A stretch of 64,000 nt of DNA from Protoeuglena noctilucae (Eukaryota): NCBI GenBank assembly GCA_958009085.1, contig OY253674.1, positions 1-64,000 on the forward strand, in the 5' to 3' direction. Positions 1 to 9,110 of the stretch are shown here, one piece after another; the first letter of the stretch is position 1; every line of letters begins with the position of its first letter. A model generated the notes under the pieces. That model was given only the letters and a program-made list of their open reading frames with translations, did not search any database and had not been told where the DNA came from. A program made the position numbers and the translations under genes.

Positions 1-235
1 CTAACCCTAACCCTACCCTAACCCTAACCCTAACCCTAACCCTAACCCTAACCCTAACCCTAACCCTAACCCTAACCCTAACCCTAACCCTAACCCTAAC
101 CCTAACCCTAACCCTAACCCTAACCCTAACCCTAACCCTAACCCTACCCTAACCCTAACCCTAACCCTAACCCTAAAACCTAACCTAACCCTAACCCTAA
201 CCCTAACCCAAAAAACTAACCCTACCTAACCCTAA
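1..235. repeat. Telomere, (CCCTAA)n = TTAGGG-type, degenerating proximally
   Basis: Tandem CCCTAA from base 1. Variant units (CCCTA, CCTAA, CCCTAAAA, CCCAAAAAA) accumulate at ~170-235, as expected at the inner telomere edge. Confidence 0.98.
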
Positions 236-453
236 ACGCGGTTGCGCATGGCGGGAGTGGCGTTGGCGTTGGCGCGCGGCCGCCCCTCTTTTCGGAAATG
301 CCAGGGTGGAGATGATGTCGAGCATGGTCAGGGGCTCGTGGCTGCCAAACCCTCCCTCCCGAGTCTGACTTCCAAGTTTTCAGGTATAGATACGCTTTCC
401 GACTGCTAAATGTAGCAGCGACCCCACAGGGGGAGGTCGCGGGTTCAATCCGC

Positions 454-526
454 GCCGCTGTAGCATAATGGCTATTGCGTTCGCTTCGTAAGCGAAAGGT
501 TGGAGGTTCAACCCCTCCCAGCGGCA
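454..526 (+). tRNA. tRNA-Thr(CGT)
   Basis: Acceptor GCCGCTG/CAGCGGC plus discriminator A; anticodon arm TTCGC-TTCGTAA-GCGAA; T arm GGAGG-TTCAACC-CCTCC; followed by TTTT at 532-535. Confidence 0.93.
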
Positions 527-614
527 CTGCGTTTTGCCGCTCCCAGCACCCCCTTTGCCGAGATACGGAGCAGAGCGAAATATATATTGCGTAGTCCATC
601 ACTATCGAAACAGC

Positions 615-686
615 ATCGTTGTGGCGCAGCGGAAGCGTGTGGGGCTCATAACCCCAAGGTCCTAGGTTCGAATCCTAGCAACGATA
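615..686 (+). tRNA. tRNA-Met(CAT), initiator-like
   Basis: Acceptor ATCGTTG/CAACGAT with A1:U72; D region GGCGCAGCGGAAGCG typical of eukaryotic iMet; anticodon arm TGGGG-CTCATAA-CCCCA with consecutive G:C pairs; TATATAT ~30 nt upstream; TTTT downstream. Confidence 0.92.
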
Positions 687-747
687 GCATTTTGCCCGCG
701 AGGGTCTATGTCGGCAAAACGACTCCCCCGGTGTACGGGGGTGCTAT

Positions 748-828
748 CGACAGAGGTGGGATTCGAACCCACGCGTCTTACGACATCCGCTTAGCAGGCG
801 AACCCCATAGCCACTAGGGGACTCTGTC
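748..828 (-). tRNA. tRNA-Ser(GCT)
   Basis: Reverse complement folds as acceptor GACAGAG/CTCTGTC plus discriminator G, anticodon arm TTCGC-CTGCTAA-GCGGA, long variable arm, T arm GTGGG-TTCGAAT-CCCAC. Confidence 0.93.
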
Positions 829-1269
829 TTAGGCGACCCGAGGGCAGGGTTGCCGTAGATGTACGTAAAATCATTGTAAGGGATGCCCCCATAGCGACCA
901 CCAAAACGGGCGCCCTGGCAGCGCCGCGCAGCTCCCTCCATCGTCGCCGTCATCGAGGCGGATTTTCCGGGCCGGCGGCAACGATGGAAACCCCGGGGTG
1001 TCAGCTGCCCCGGGGGACGGCACTTCTGCCGCAAGGCGTGGCTCTGAGAGTCATAGCACCCCTTGACTGTTGAATCGCTCATCATCATCGGCCGGCGGCC
1101 CCTCAGTGTTCACGAAGGGTGTGCGCACCCTCGTGCCGCGGTTGACCCACGCTCTAACCCTGCCGGTGTCAGACGTGTTCGGGCTGAACCATTACGCCTT
1201 AAGTCTTGTGGGGGGGGGGGGGGCGGCGGCCCCCTGGAACAGAACCCAGGCGCGGGCGGCCGTGGCGAC

Positions 1270-4200
1270 CCGCTGGGTTGACGAAAGAAAATGACGATGC
1301 AAACGAACGAATCAGAATCAAAGCGAACAAAGCGAACAAAGCCATATACCTAGAGAACCAGCGCCCTCCCGGCCGTCGTCCGGCTCGTCCGGGCGACCGA
1401 TTCGGCGCGCTCTTCCCTCTGCATTCTTAACCGCAGACCGACGCGCACGCGGACACCAGAGCCCGGAGCAAGCTCGCCCAGCACACGACGGACTCGCCCC
1501 CCGCCCCGACGCCACAAGCCCCCCGGAGCCTCGCCCGAGCACACGAGCGGCCTCTTTGTGCCCTCGATTGAGTATTGCCGCTCCGCGCCGCGCTCCCGCG
1601 CCCCCAGCGGGCGCACCCCGGCCCCTTCCTGACCGTTGTTAGCGCACCACGTCGCCCGGGCTGCGCGTTGTGACGCTCAACGTCCGCGGCCTGGGCGACG
1701 GAACCTCCTCCAAGACTCACTTGATCCGCAGGTCCCTGGCCCGCAAGCGGGCGGACATCGCCGTCCTCACGGAGGTTCAGGGCCGCGACGCTGCCAAGCT
1801 TTCCGACGCCTTCTCGTCCTACAAGAGCTTCTGGAACCTCGGCGCCCACGCGGGCGTGGGTCTCCTCTTCCTCAAGAACGGCTCTGCGGCGAATCCCGTC
1901 GCCGTGCCGCCCAGGGAGCCCACCGCCCACGATGACCAGCTGGCCGCCTTGTCTGGCCGCGCTCTGCGCGCCAATTTCGCTTGGAATGGCCTGCCGCTGA
2001 GCCTGATCGGTGTATATGCTCCTGCTTCTGCCTCTGTCGGCGACACGCAGCGCTTCGCGGCGGGGATCCGCCGCTTCCTCCTCCCTGCCAAGCTCGGTGC
2101 CCGCCAACTCCTCCTCGCAGGCGATTTCAACACGACGACGGGCCTGCCGGACGAGCGCCTGTCCAAGAGCTACAAGAAGGACCTCCAGCGCCACGAGGCG
2201 TGGGTCCACCACGTCCTCGGCCCCGCGGGCCTCGAGGACGTCCACCTCAAGATCTTCCCGGCCAGGCCGGCCGCCTTCACCTGGTTTGGTCCCCCCGTGG
2301 CTGGCTCTGTTGCTGCTGCGCGCATTGACCGTGTGCATGCCAGCGCGCCCCTGCTCGCCAAGACGCACCCCGTGGTGTGCCACGTGGCATCCGGGGTCCC
2401 CCGCCTCGACCACCTGGCTGTGGTCCTCACCCTCACGGCGGGGGACCCTGAGCGCGCCCGATCGCGGCGCCGGCCGTACCCTGTGGCTCAAGCGCGCCCT
2501 GCCTTCCCGCTCACCGCGGCTGATGGCTCCCCTTCTGCCCCCGTGGTCACGCTGCGAGCCACTGCCGCGTCCCTCCGCCCCCTCTTCATGCGAGACCCCA
2601 TCCACGCTGGGCGCACCCTGGCCGCTAAAACCCGCTCCCTCTCCGCCGCCCACCGCAGGGAAGAGAACCGTGCTGTCGCTGAGGCCCAGGAAGCCATGAA
2701 GACGGCGCAGGCGCGCCTGGATGCGAGCCCCACGGGCAGCAACGCCGACGCGGTGGTCCAGGCCTCCGCTGTCCTGGCTGCTGCCCACGCCTCCCGGTTG
2801 CAGGCGGAACAGCTGCAGCAGCGCCACGCGGCTCGCCTGGAGGGGGAGCGCCCCAGCCGCATGATGACGGAGCGCATATCGGGCCCCCGAAAGCCCGCCG
2901 AATCCATCGTGGTGCTCCGTTCCCCGCAGGGCAAGACGCTCCGAGGTCGCGAGGCCAAGGAGTTCATGCGGACGCAGTGGGCCGGCCTCTACAAGGCCGT
3001 GCCCCGCGACCCTGCATTGGTGGCAAAGTTCCTTTCTGAGTCGCAGGGTGCCCCCGCCCAGCTCCCTGCCTCAGTCATCACCGCGCTCACGGCCCCTGTC
3101 CTGCCCGCAGAGGCCCGTGAGGCGATTATGGGCCTCCCGGCCCACAGCGTAGGCGGGCTTGATGGTGTCCCCCCCTCGCTCCTGCGTGCAGTCGCGGATG
3201 AGGCGGCGCTTGTCGTGGCTGATGTTGCCAACCGTCTTCTCGAGGGCCACCCTGTTCCCGCTGGGTTCTCGGACGCAGCCATCCGGCTGCTGCATAAGGG
3301 GGGGTCCAGAGCTGACTGGACCAACTACCGACCCATCGCCCTCCTCACCTCCCTCCGCAGGGCGGTGGCCAAGGTCTTTGGCAATCGCCTCCTCCGCAAG
3401 GAGGGGGACGATGCCAGCGTCATGGAGCGCCTGGTCCACGGGGACCAGGCGGCCTCCGTCCCGGGCCGCGATATCATTGCTAATATCGCCACGCTGCAGC
3501 TCCTTGACGAGACCCTGACCCTCGAGAACCGTCCCGCCCACGCAGTGTTCCTCGACATCAAGAAGGCCTTCGATTCATTGGACCATGAGTACCTCCAAGC
3601 CGTCCTCACCCATGCGGGCCTGCCCGCCCCCTTCGTGGGGGCGGCGATGGCCCTCCAGGTGGAGTCGAAGGCTGTACTTGCCTTCGAGAGCGGCTGCTCC
3701 CGGCCCTTTTCTATAGAGCGTGGGGTGAAACAAGGATGCCCCTTAAGTCCCCTCCTGTTCGTCGTTGCCATAGAGCCGCTGGCTTGTCGCCTTCGGTCCC
3801 TCGCCGCATCCGAGCCGCGGGCGCTCGGTGTTTCTCTTCCCCCGGGGTCGTTCGGCAGCCTTCCCCCGCAGGATCTGGCATCGCGCTTCTTCGCGGATGA
3901 CGCAGCTGCCCTGACCGCAGACCTGCCCGCAGCATGGGAAGCGCTGTCGGCGACCCTGGAGGACTTTGCCGCGGCCTCTGGCCTCGAGGTCAATGCAGCC
4001 AAGACGGCAGTCTACCGGCTTGGCAGGGGCGATCACGCCTCATTGGAGGCAGCAGCGGTGGCACGGGGCTGCCGCTGGTCCATGCCCACGGGGTTGGGCG
4101 TGGGCGTGCGTTACCTGGGTGCCCACACCCGCGATGCCCTGCACCAGGCCTGGACACGCACGCAGGGCGTGATGATCCAGCGCGGCACCGCCATCGCAGG

Positions 4201-7123
4201 GTTGCATCTGTCCATCCAGGGGAGGGCGGGGGCGGCCAGTGCCTATGTGGCAAGCACGGCGAGTTATCTACTCGAGACGTCCCCCGCCCCCGCCTCTATG
4301 GACCAAGAGGCGGAGAAGCTTGTCAACACCCTGGTGCAGGGCAACCGCGCGGCTGGCTCCCTGTGGCGTCGCACGGCTGACTGCATGGTCTTTGGCCCGC
4401 GCGCTGAGGGTGGGCTGGGGGCGACCCGGCCCACCGTGCATGTCCCAGCGCGCCGCATGCGCACTTTGGCAAAGATTCTCACGGGCGCGCCGGGCTTTGG
4501 CCCGGCTCGCCACGTGCTGGACCGGGCCTTGACGGTCCTGGGCGGCCCTGGCGTGGTATGGCTTGCCCGGGACTCCAGGTTGCCCAGCTCTGCGGGTGCT
4601 GCCTTGGCTGCTCGCGTCCCTGGTCCCTCCTACCTTGGGGCGCTTTTGGCGGCCCCTGCCGCGCTCGGCTCCCTTGTGGCCCTCCCCCCGGCTCGCTCCC
4701 CTGTCCCTGAGCCCCAGCCTGCTGCCCAGTTGCCTTCCCTGGAGATCCCATTCTCCCCCCTTACCGACGCAGGCTCCTCGGACTTGCTGGTCGACGCTGC
4801 CACTGGGCTGCCTCTCGCTGATGGCTCGTTCCCGCCGCAGGCTCGGAAGATGGCCAAGGTTCGCCTGGGGTGTGTGGGTCACCTCCTTCGTGTGCGAGCC
4901 GCGGCCGCAGGGCTCAAGATGGCCTGGGACTCCCCGGGAGCCGTGGCCTCGGAGGTGCTGGAGGCGTCGTGGTGCGGGCGGCTGTGGGGCACGCGCTGGG
5001 AGCGGCTGCTGCACCTTCGCTTGGGCGACACGACGTCGGCCAAGGACCCCGTCAAAAGGGTAATAATCCAGGTTTGCAAGGCGCTTGAGGGGCTGGGCGT
5101 TGTGGGCGCGCCTGTGCCTCCCCGTGCCAATGCCAGCCGTGTGGTGCTTGAGGGCGTGGCTGAGCAGCTCGTGGGTATCCTGGTTGCGTGGGACCCTTGG
5201 CAGGGCCTGGTTCTGTCCCCTGCGGCCTGCGGCTCCCTCCCTGCTCACCTCCGCTCCCTTGCCGCAGGCCAGGTCCCCTCCCCCGCAGACCTGGCGAGGG
5301 CGGAGCACACACTGGCGGCTTACTGCGCGCAGCAGGACTCTCAACTCCTCCCCCGTCCTTCCCGCCCCCAGGCTGCGCCGGTCGCTGTGCACTCCGCCCC
5401 CCGCCTGGCCCCCGAGCCCGCGTGGTGGGCGGAGCTCAACCTGCCCCGTGTCACCCCCTCCACGCAGTGGGCCCTCGAGCCTCATCGGCGCCCCCACGAA
5501 GTGCCCGTCCCCCTTCCGCTCCAGCAGTACACGGTTCGACATGCGGTGGGGGCGGCCTTCGACCGGGCCTCCATCACCTCGCGGCTTGCCCGCAAGGTGG
5601 AACAGTGGTCCCGGGCCGGGGCGCTCGGGGAGGCCCAGGACGGGCCAGACGGGGTCACGGCGGCGGGCATGCATGCCGCTCTCAAGACCATCAACGCTCT
5701 CCCCCTGTCTCCGCAGATGCACGAGGCGCTGTGGCTGACGCTGGCCGACGCGCGTGCGACCGCATCGCACTGCTACTGGCTCGACCTCACCACGTGCCCC
5801 CTCCTCCGCAGGGATGGCGAGCAGTGCTCCCACGACGACACGGTCGCCCACGCCTTCTGGGCCTGTGACAGGGCCCAGGAGGTGTGGGAGACGGTCAAGG
5901 CGGCCGCGCGGGCCCCGGCCCTCTCGGCGCGGGCGGTGTTCCACCTGGCCCCCCCTCCCTCCAGCCGTTTCACGCAGTACTCGTGGGCGGTCACCGTGGG
6001 CGCGGCTTTCAAGCTCATCTGGAGGCGCCGCCAAGAGCTCCGGGAGAACTGGCGCTCCCCGTCGACGCCCGCAGGCCTCTATGCCCAGCTTGGCGCCATC
6101 GTGGCAGCCGAGGTCCAAGACACTCTGGCTGTCACTGGGGCAGGGCGCCTTGCTGCTCTGCTGGGGAAGCGGGGCGACAGGCTCGTCCTCGCCCACGCCA
6201 ATGGCCGCAGGTTCTCGTGGCGCGGCTTCCCGGCTGCCGAGTGAGCGGCCGGGAAGGTCCGCATTGCAGGTCCGCGTGGGAGGGCGTCCCAGGGGCAGTG
6301 CCAGCAGCTGCAGGTAAGACCCAGGTGAGGCCGCAACAGGTGGGGGCTCGCCAGCGTATTCCATGGCGCCATATGCATGCTTTGCTCTGTCCTGGCGCAG
6401 CTGTACACCTTCTGCTGGCGGGGGACGTGCTAGGCTGCCACGGCAAGGTGCGCCCCACCGGGTCTGCTAGATGGCACTCCTGTGATGGTGTGGGTAGCCT
6501 GCTCGCGCGTGCGCGGGACGTGGTGAGTCTGCACATGTTCTTTCGGTGCTTCTTGGACGTGCAGGAGTTCAAGGTCGCCGGTCCTCCAGGGCCCAAAGTC
6601 CGGGTTCGCTCTCTAGGGACAGTGGTTATTGCCCGTCGGTGCTCGTTCCGGGGTGCCCGCAAGGAAACCTCGGGCGGGCGCCAGCGGGCGGGAGCCTAGC
6701 AGAGTCGGGAGCAGTAGCCGAGGGTTTCACGTCATGTTCGGAGTGTTGCAAAGGCTGCGGCGTCCCCCTCGTGGGACAGAACGGGGGACCCAGGTCCCCG
6801 AGATCCGGTCCCCCCAGTCCCTTGGGCGCGCCACTCCCCTAGCACACGCGTTCAGGTGGCCTGATGACGCTTCCGCCCCCGGGCCGCTTTGCAAAGCTCC
6901 CTCGCACTCTCCGAGTGTGGATCCCTAGGGGCCAGTGGGGGGGTTCGCCCCCCTGTGCCCGGCACCCGAGGCGGGAAATGACGAGCTCGAGATCGTGGTC
7001 CCTCACGGGTCACGGTTGGTGTCCAGAGAAGTGAGAGGCACCCGCGTCTGGCACCAGGTGCTGACGTGTCGAGCTCCGATCCCGCCGCGGGCTTTTTTTT
7101 CTTTTTTTTTTTTTTTTTTTTTT
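1270..7123 (+). mobile_element. Non-LTR retrotransposon (L1/Tx1-like), apparently full length
   Basis: Intact APE-RT-zinc-finger ORF, bounded by the direct repeat GCCGTGGCGAC (1259-1269 and 7124-7134) and ending in a T tract (7093-7123). Boundaries are inferred from the candidate TSD. Confidence 0.8.
1670..6244 (+). CDS. LINE ORF2-type polyprotein: AP endonuclease, reverse transcriptase, C-terminal Cys/His finger
   Basis: APE motifs TLNVRGL, LTE, GVYAP, LAGDFN, RIDR, DH; RT motifs NYRPIALL, FLDIKKAFDSL, GVKQGCPLSP, FADD, GLEVN, RYLG; C-terminal C..C..H..C (CPLL...CSHDDTVAHAFWAC). 1524 codons without a stop. Confidence 0.96.
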   Translation: MTLNVRGLGDGTSSKTHLIRRSLARKRADIAVLTEVQGRDAAKLSDAFSSYKSFWNLGAHAGVGLLFLKNGSAANPVAVPPREPTAHDDQLAALSGRALRANFAWNGLPLSLIGVYAPASASVGDTQRFAAGIRRFLLPAKLGARQLLLAGDFNTTTGLPDERLSKSYKKDLQRHEAWVHHVLGPAGLEDVHLKIFPARPAAFTWFGPPVAGSVAAARIDRVHASAPLLAKTHPVVCHVASGVPRLDHLAVVLTLTAGDPERARSRRRPYPVAQARPAFPLTAADGSPSAPVVTLRATAASLRPLFMRDPIHAGRTLAAKTRSLSAAHRREENRAVAEAQEAMKTAQARLDASPTGSNADAVVQASAVLAAAHASRLQAEQLQQRHAARLEGERPSRMMTERISGPRKPAESIVVLRSPQGKTLRGREAKEFMRTQWAGLYKAVPRDPALVAKFLSESQGAPAQLPASVITALTAPVLPAEAREAIMGLPAHSVGGLDGVPPSLLRAVADEAALVVADVANRLLEGHPVPAGFSDAAIRLLHKGGSRADWTNYRPIALLTSLRRAVAKVFGNRLLRKEGDDASVMERLVHGDQAASVPGRDIIANIATLQLLDETLTLENRPAHAVFLDIKKAFDSLDHEYLQAVLTHAGLPAPFVGAAMALQVESKAVLAFESGCSRPFSIERGVKQGCPLSPLLFVVAIEPLACRLRSLAASEPRALGVSLPPGSFGSLPPQDLASRFFADDAAALTADLPAAWEALSATLEDFAAASGLEVNAAKTAVYRLGRGDHASLEAAAVARGCRWSMPTGLGVGVRYLGAHTRDALHQAWTRTQGVMIQRGTAIAGLHLSIQGRAGAASAYVASTASYLLETSPAPASMDQEAEKLVNTLVQGNRAAGSLWRRTADCMVFGPRAEGGLGATRPTVHVPARRMRTLAKILTGAPGFGPARHVLDRALTVLGGPGVVWLARDSRLPSSAGAALAARVPGPSYLGALLAAPAALGSLVALPPARSPVPEPQPAAQLPSLEIPFSPLTDAGSSDLLVDAATGLPLADGSFPPQARKMAKVRLGCVGHLLRVRAAAAGLKMAWDSPGAVASEVLEASWCGRLWGTRWERLLHLRLGDTTSAKDPVKRVIIQVCKALEGLGVVGAPVPPRANASRVVLEGVAEQLVGILVAWDPWQGLVLSPAACGSLPAHLRSLAAGQVPSPADLARAEHTLAAYCAQQDSQLLPRPSRPQAAPVAVHSAPRLAPEPAWWAELNLPRVTPSTQWALEPHRRPHEVPVPLPLQQYTVRHAVGAAFDRASITSRLARKVEQWSRAGALGEAQDGPDGVTAAGMHAALKTINALPLSPQMHEALWLTLADARATASHCYWLDLTTCPLLRRDGEQCSHDDTVAHAFWACDRAQEVWETVKAAARAPALSARAVFHLAPPPSSRFTQYSWAVTVGAAFKLIWRRRQELRENWRSPSTPAGLYAQLGAIVAAEVQDTLAVTGAGRLAALLGKRGDRLVLAHANGRRFSWRGFPAAE

Positions 7124-7134
7124 GCCGTGGCGAC

Positions 7135-7540
7135 ACGGGCCTCCCAGCCAACCACCCTCCCCTCGCGCAACTCCTCACCGTGGTGGACGGCCGAAGTTGC
7201 CGGTGGCCCAGGCTACTGGGCTGCCCCCACCTGACAGCTCTTTCCCCCCGCAAATTCGCAAGATGTCCAAGGTCCATTTGGGGTGCGTGGGTCGCCTCCT
7301 TCGCGAGCGGGCCGCATCCGCAGGGCTCTGGATTGCGTGGGACCCCCCACGAGCCGTAGCCTCGGAGGTGCTGGCGGCCTCCTGGGGCGCGCAGCCGTGG
7401 GGGACCCGTCGGCAGTGCTTCTGCACGTCCGTTTGAGAGACATCACGACTGTCAATGACCCCGCCGAAATGGTCACGATCCAGGTTTGCAAATCCCTGCA
7501 GGGGCTCGGCGGCCACGGCCGCCCTGCCTTGCACTGGTAA
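7135..7540 (+). pseudogene. Decayed fragment of a related LINE ORF2
   Basis: Translates VAQATGLPPPDSSFPPQIRKMSKVHLGCVGRLLRERAASAGLWIAWDPPRAVASEVL, versus VDAATGLPLADGSFPPQARKMAKVRLGCVGHLLRVRAAAAGLKMAWDSPGAVASEVL at ~4790-4960 in the intact ORF. Frameshifted and stopped. Confidence 0.88.
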
Positions 7541-9110
7541 GGACGGTGGTCGTCGCTCGGCGGCCTTCTGTCTTATCTGGCGGCGCAGGCAGCAGCTTTG
7601 CGAGAACTGACTGGCGCACCCCTTCGACGCCAAACGCGAGGTCACCAGGACACGGTGGCCGTCACTGGACTGGGGCGTCTCAATGACCCCTTGCACCCTG
7701 TCTCAGCTGCGCCTGTCACTCGTCTGCGGGGGACGTGACAAGCCGCCACGGCAACGTGCGCCCCGCCGGCTCTGCCGGACGGCAGTCCTACACCTGCCAG
7801 AGCGTTGGCCCCTCGGGTGCGCCGCTCCCCACCGCCCGCATCCTGGGTCATGCACTCTGCTTCGTTGCGCTTCAACACTTGCACTCGTGGATCGTGAAAC
7901 CCTCTCAGGGCCTAGCGAAGAGACTCGCGCTGACCCTATGCCCGGCTCCTCTAGGCAAAACGATGAGCCTGGGTCTGCGTCGGTGCCCTCCGGAGGTGCA
8001 GGTGGTGCCACATCTGCGCCCGACACCAGGGGTGTCAGACATGCTCGGGCGCTGATCCCCGCCTCAAGTCTTGCTTTGCTGCTCCTCTCCCCCTTGCCAG
8101 CCTCCCAGCCTCTCGCTTGCTCGCACCCTACGACGCACGGCCCCACAGGTGTCCGTCCCCCATGCACCGAGAGCACATGGCCAGGCCACTCCCTCGGCAG
8201 ACGGGGCAGAGAGCCCGCGTTTCGACGACCCTGCGACGGCGGGCACCGTTGAGGTGGCAAAACCTACGGCCCTCGTGAGTGTGACCCCCCTCGCGCTGCA
8301 CCCACCTCTCCACAGATGGGAGCCAGACGAGGAGACCCTCCCCGCGGCAGGCCTCGCAGCTGGCGTGCCTCTTCCCCGCACACGCGGAGCACGCCACCCC
8401 GACCCGCCTCTTGTACGCCCGGACGCCCAGCCTGCGTGGGAGCTCCAGGCATGGGTATGCTGACATGCGAGGGCAGCCATCCCGGCACGGACGAACCCGC
8501 TGCCCACCTCACTTGACCCCGGCGAGGAAGACGGTGGAGCCCAGCACCGCCGTGCCGCCAAACACGACCACCGCGCGCACCAAGGCACCCGACCTGTGCA
8601 GCAGCGGGGTCGCTCTCCCTGCAGCCGAGGAGGAGACAGGTGTCGGGGAGGAGACGACTGCGCGCACGCGCAAGGGCCAGCGCCATGCCTTCCGCCGGGC
8701 ACCTGCTGAGGGCTGCGCTGGACCCCCGCGCATTGCTGCGCACAGCACGCCCCCCGTGGGCCCCCCCTAAACTCCCCGCGGTCCTCTAGCTACCCTTGGG
8801 ATCCGTCAGGCGTCGCCCATCGCTCGCCTCCGAGAGCACAGGCGCGAGGAGGGCCGGGCTGCGAGGGCGCACTGGTGCTGGAGTCACCGCTGGTGGGGAG
8901 GGAGGCTGGGGCAGAGACAGCCGGGTCCTCTGAAAGCTCCCGTCACCCACGCGGCCTCTGGCAGCGACACTGCGGCGCTACCTCGCCAATGAAGCGCCAG
9001 CCCGACCTGCATGAAACGCTTGTGCTCTTGGTGCCCCCCCGGGCGAGCAGATCCCGCTGAAGTCTGTCGTTCCGAGGAAGGAGGCCCCTGCTGGATTGCC
9101 GGTCGACGCC

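Noticed and set aside
1150..1165. CTAACCCT as a telomerase RNA template within a hairpin-rich region
   Set aside because: Only 8 nt, no Pol III terminator or recognisable promoter, and the adjoining sequence is homologous to the decayed segment at ~8030-8075.
960..1180. HDV-like ribozyme starting GGCCGGC
   Set aside because: P1/P3/P1.1 could not be completed; CACGAAGGGTG/CACCCTCGTG is better explained as a simple hairpin.
4268..6364. Long antisense and alternative-frame ORFs (e.g. 4268-6364, 23689-25785, 12743-14404, 59183-60622)
   Set aside because: Shadow ORFs of real genes in very GC-rich DNA with few stops; no motifs.
6248..6790. RNase P/MRP RNA (GGGAAGGTCCG ... ACAGAACGGGGG)
   Set aside because: The two motifs cannot form the P4 helix, and they lie inside the retroelement.
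6861..6980. Hammerhead ribozyme (CTGATGA ... GAAA)
   Set aside because: The bases next to the two core motifs do not form stem II, and no stem I/III with a cleavage triplet could be built.
8110..9050. Possible gene or ORF1 remnant between the LINE nest and LPD
   Set aside because: Only short ORFs with no recognisable motif or consistent exon chain; left unannotated.
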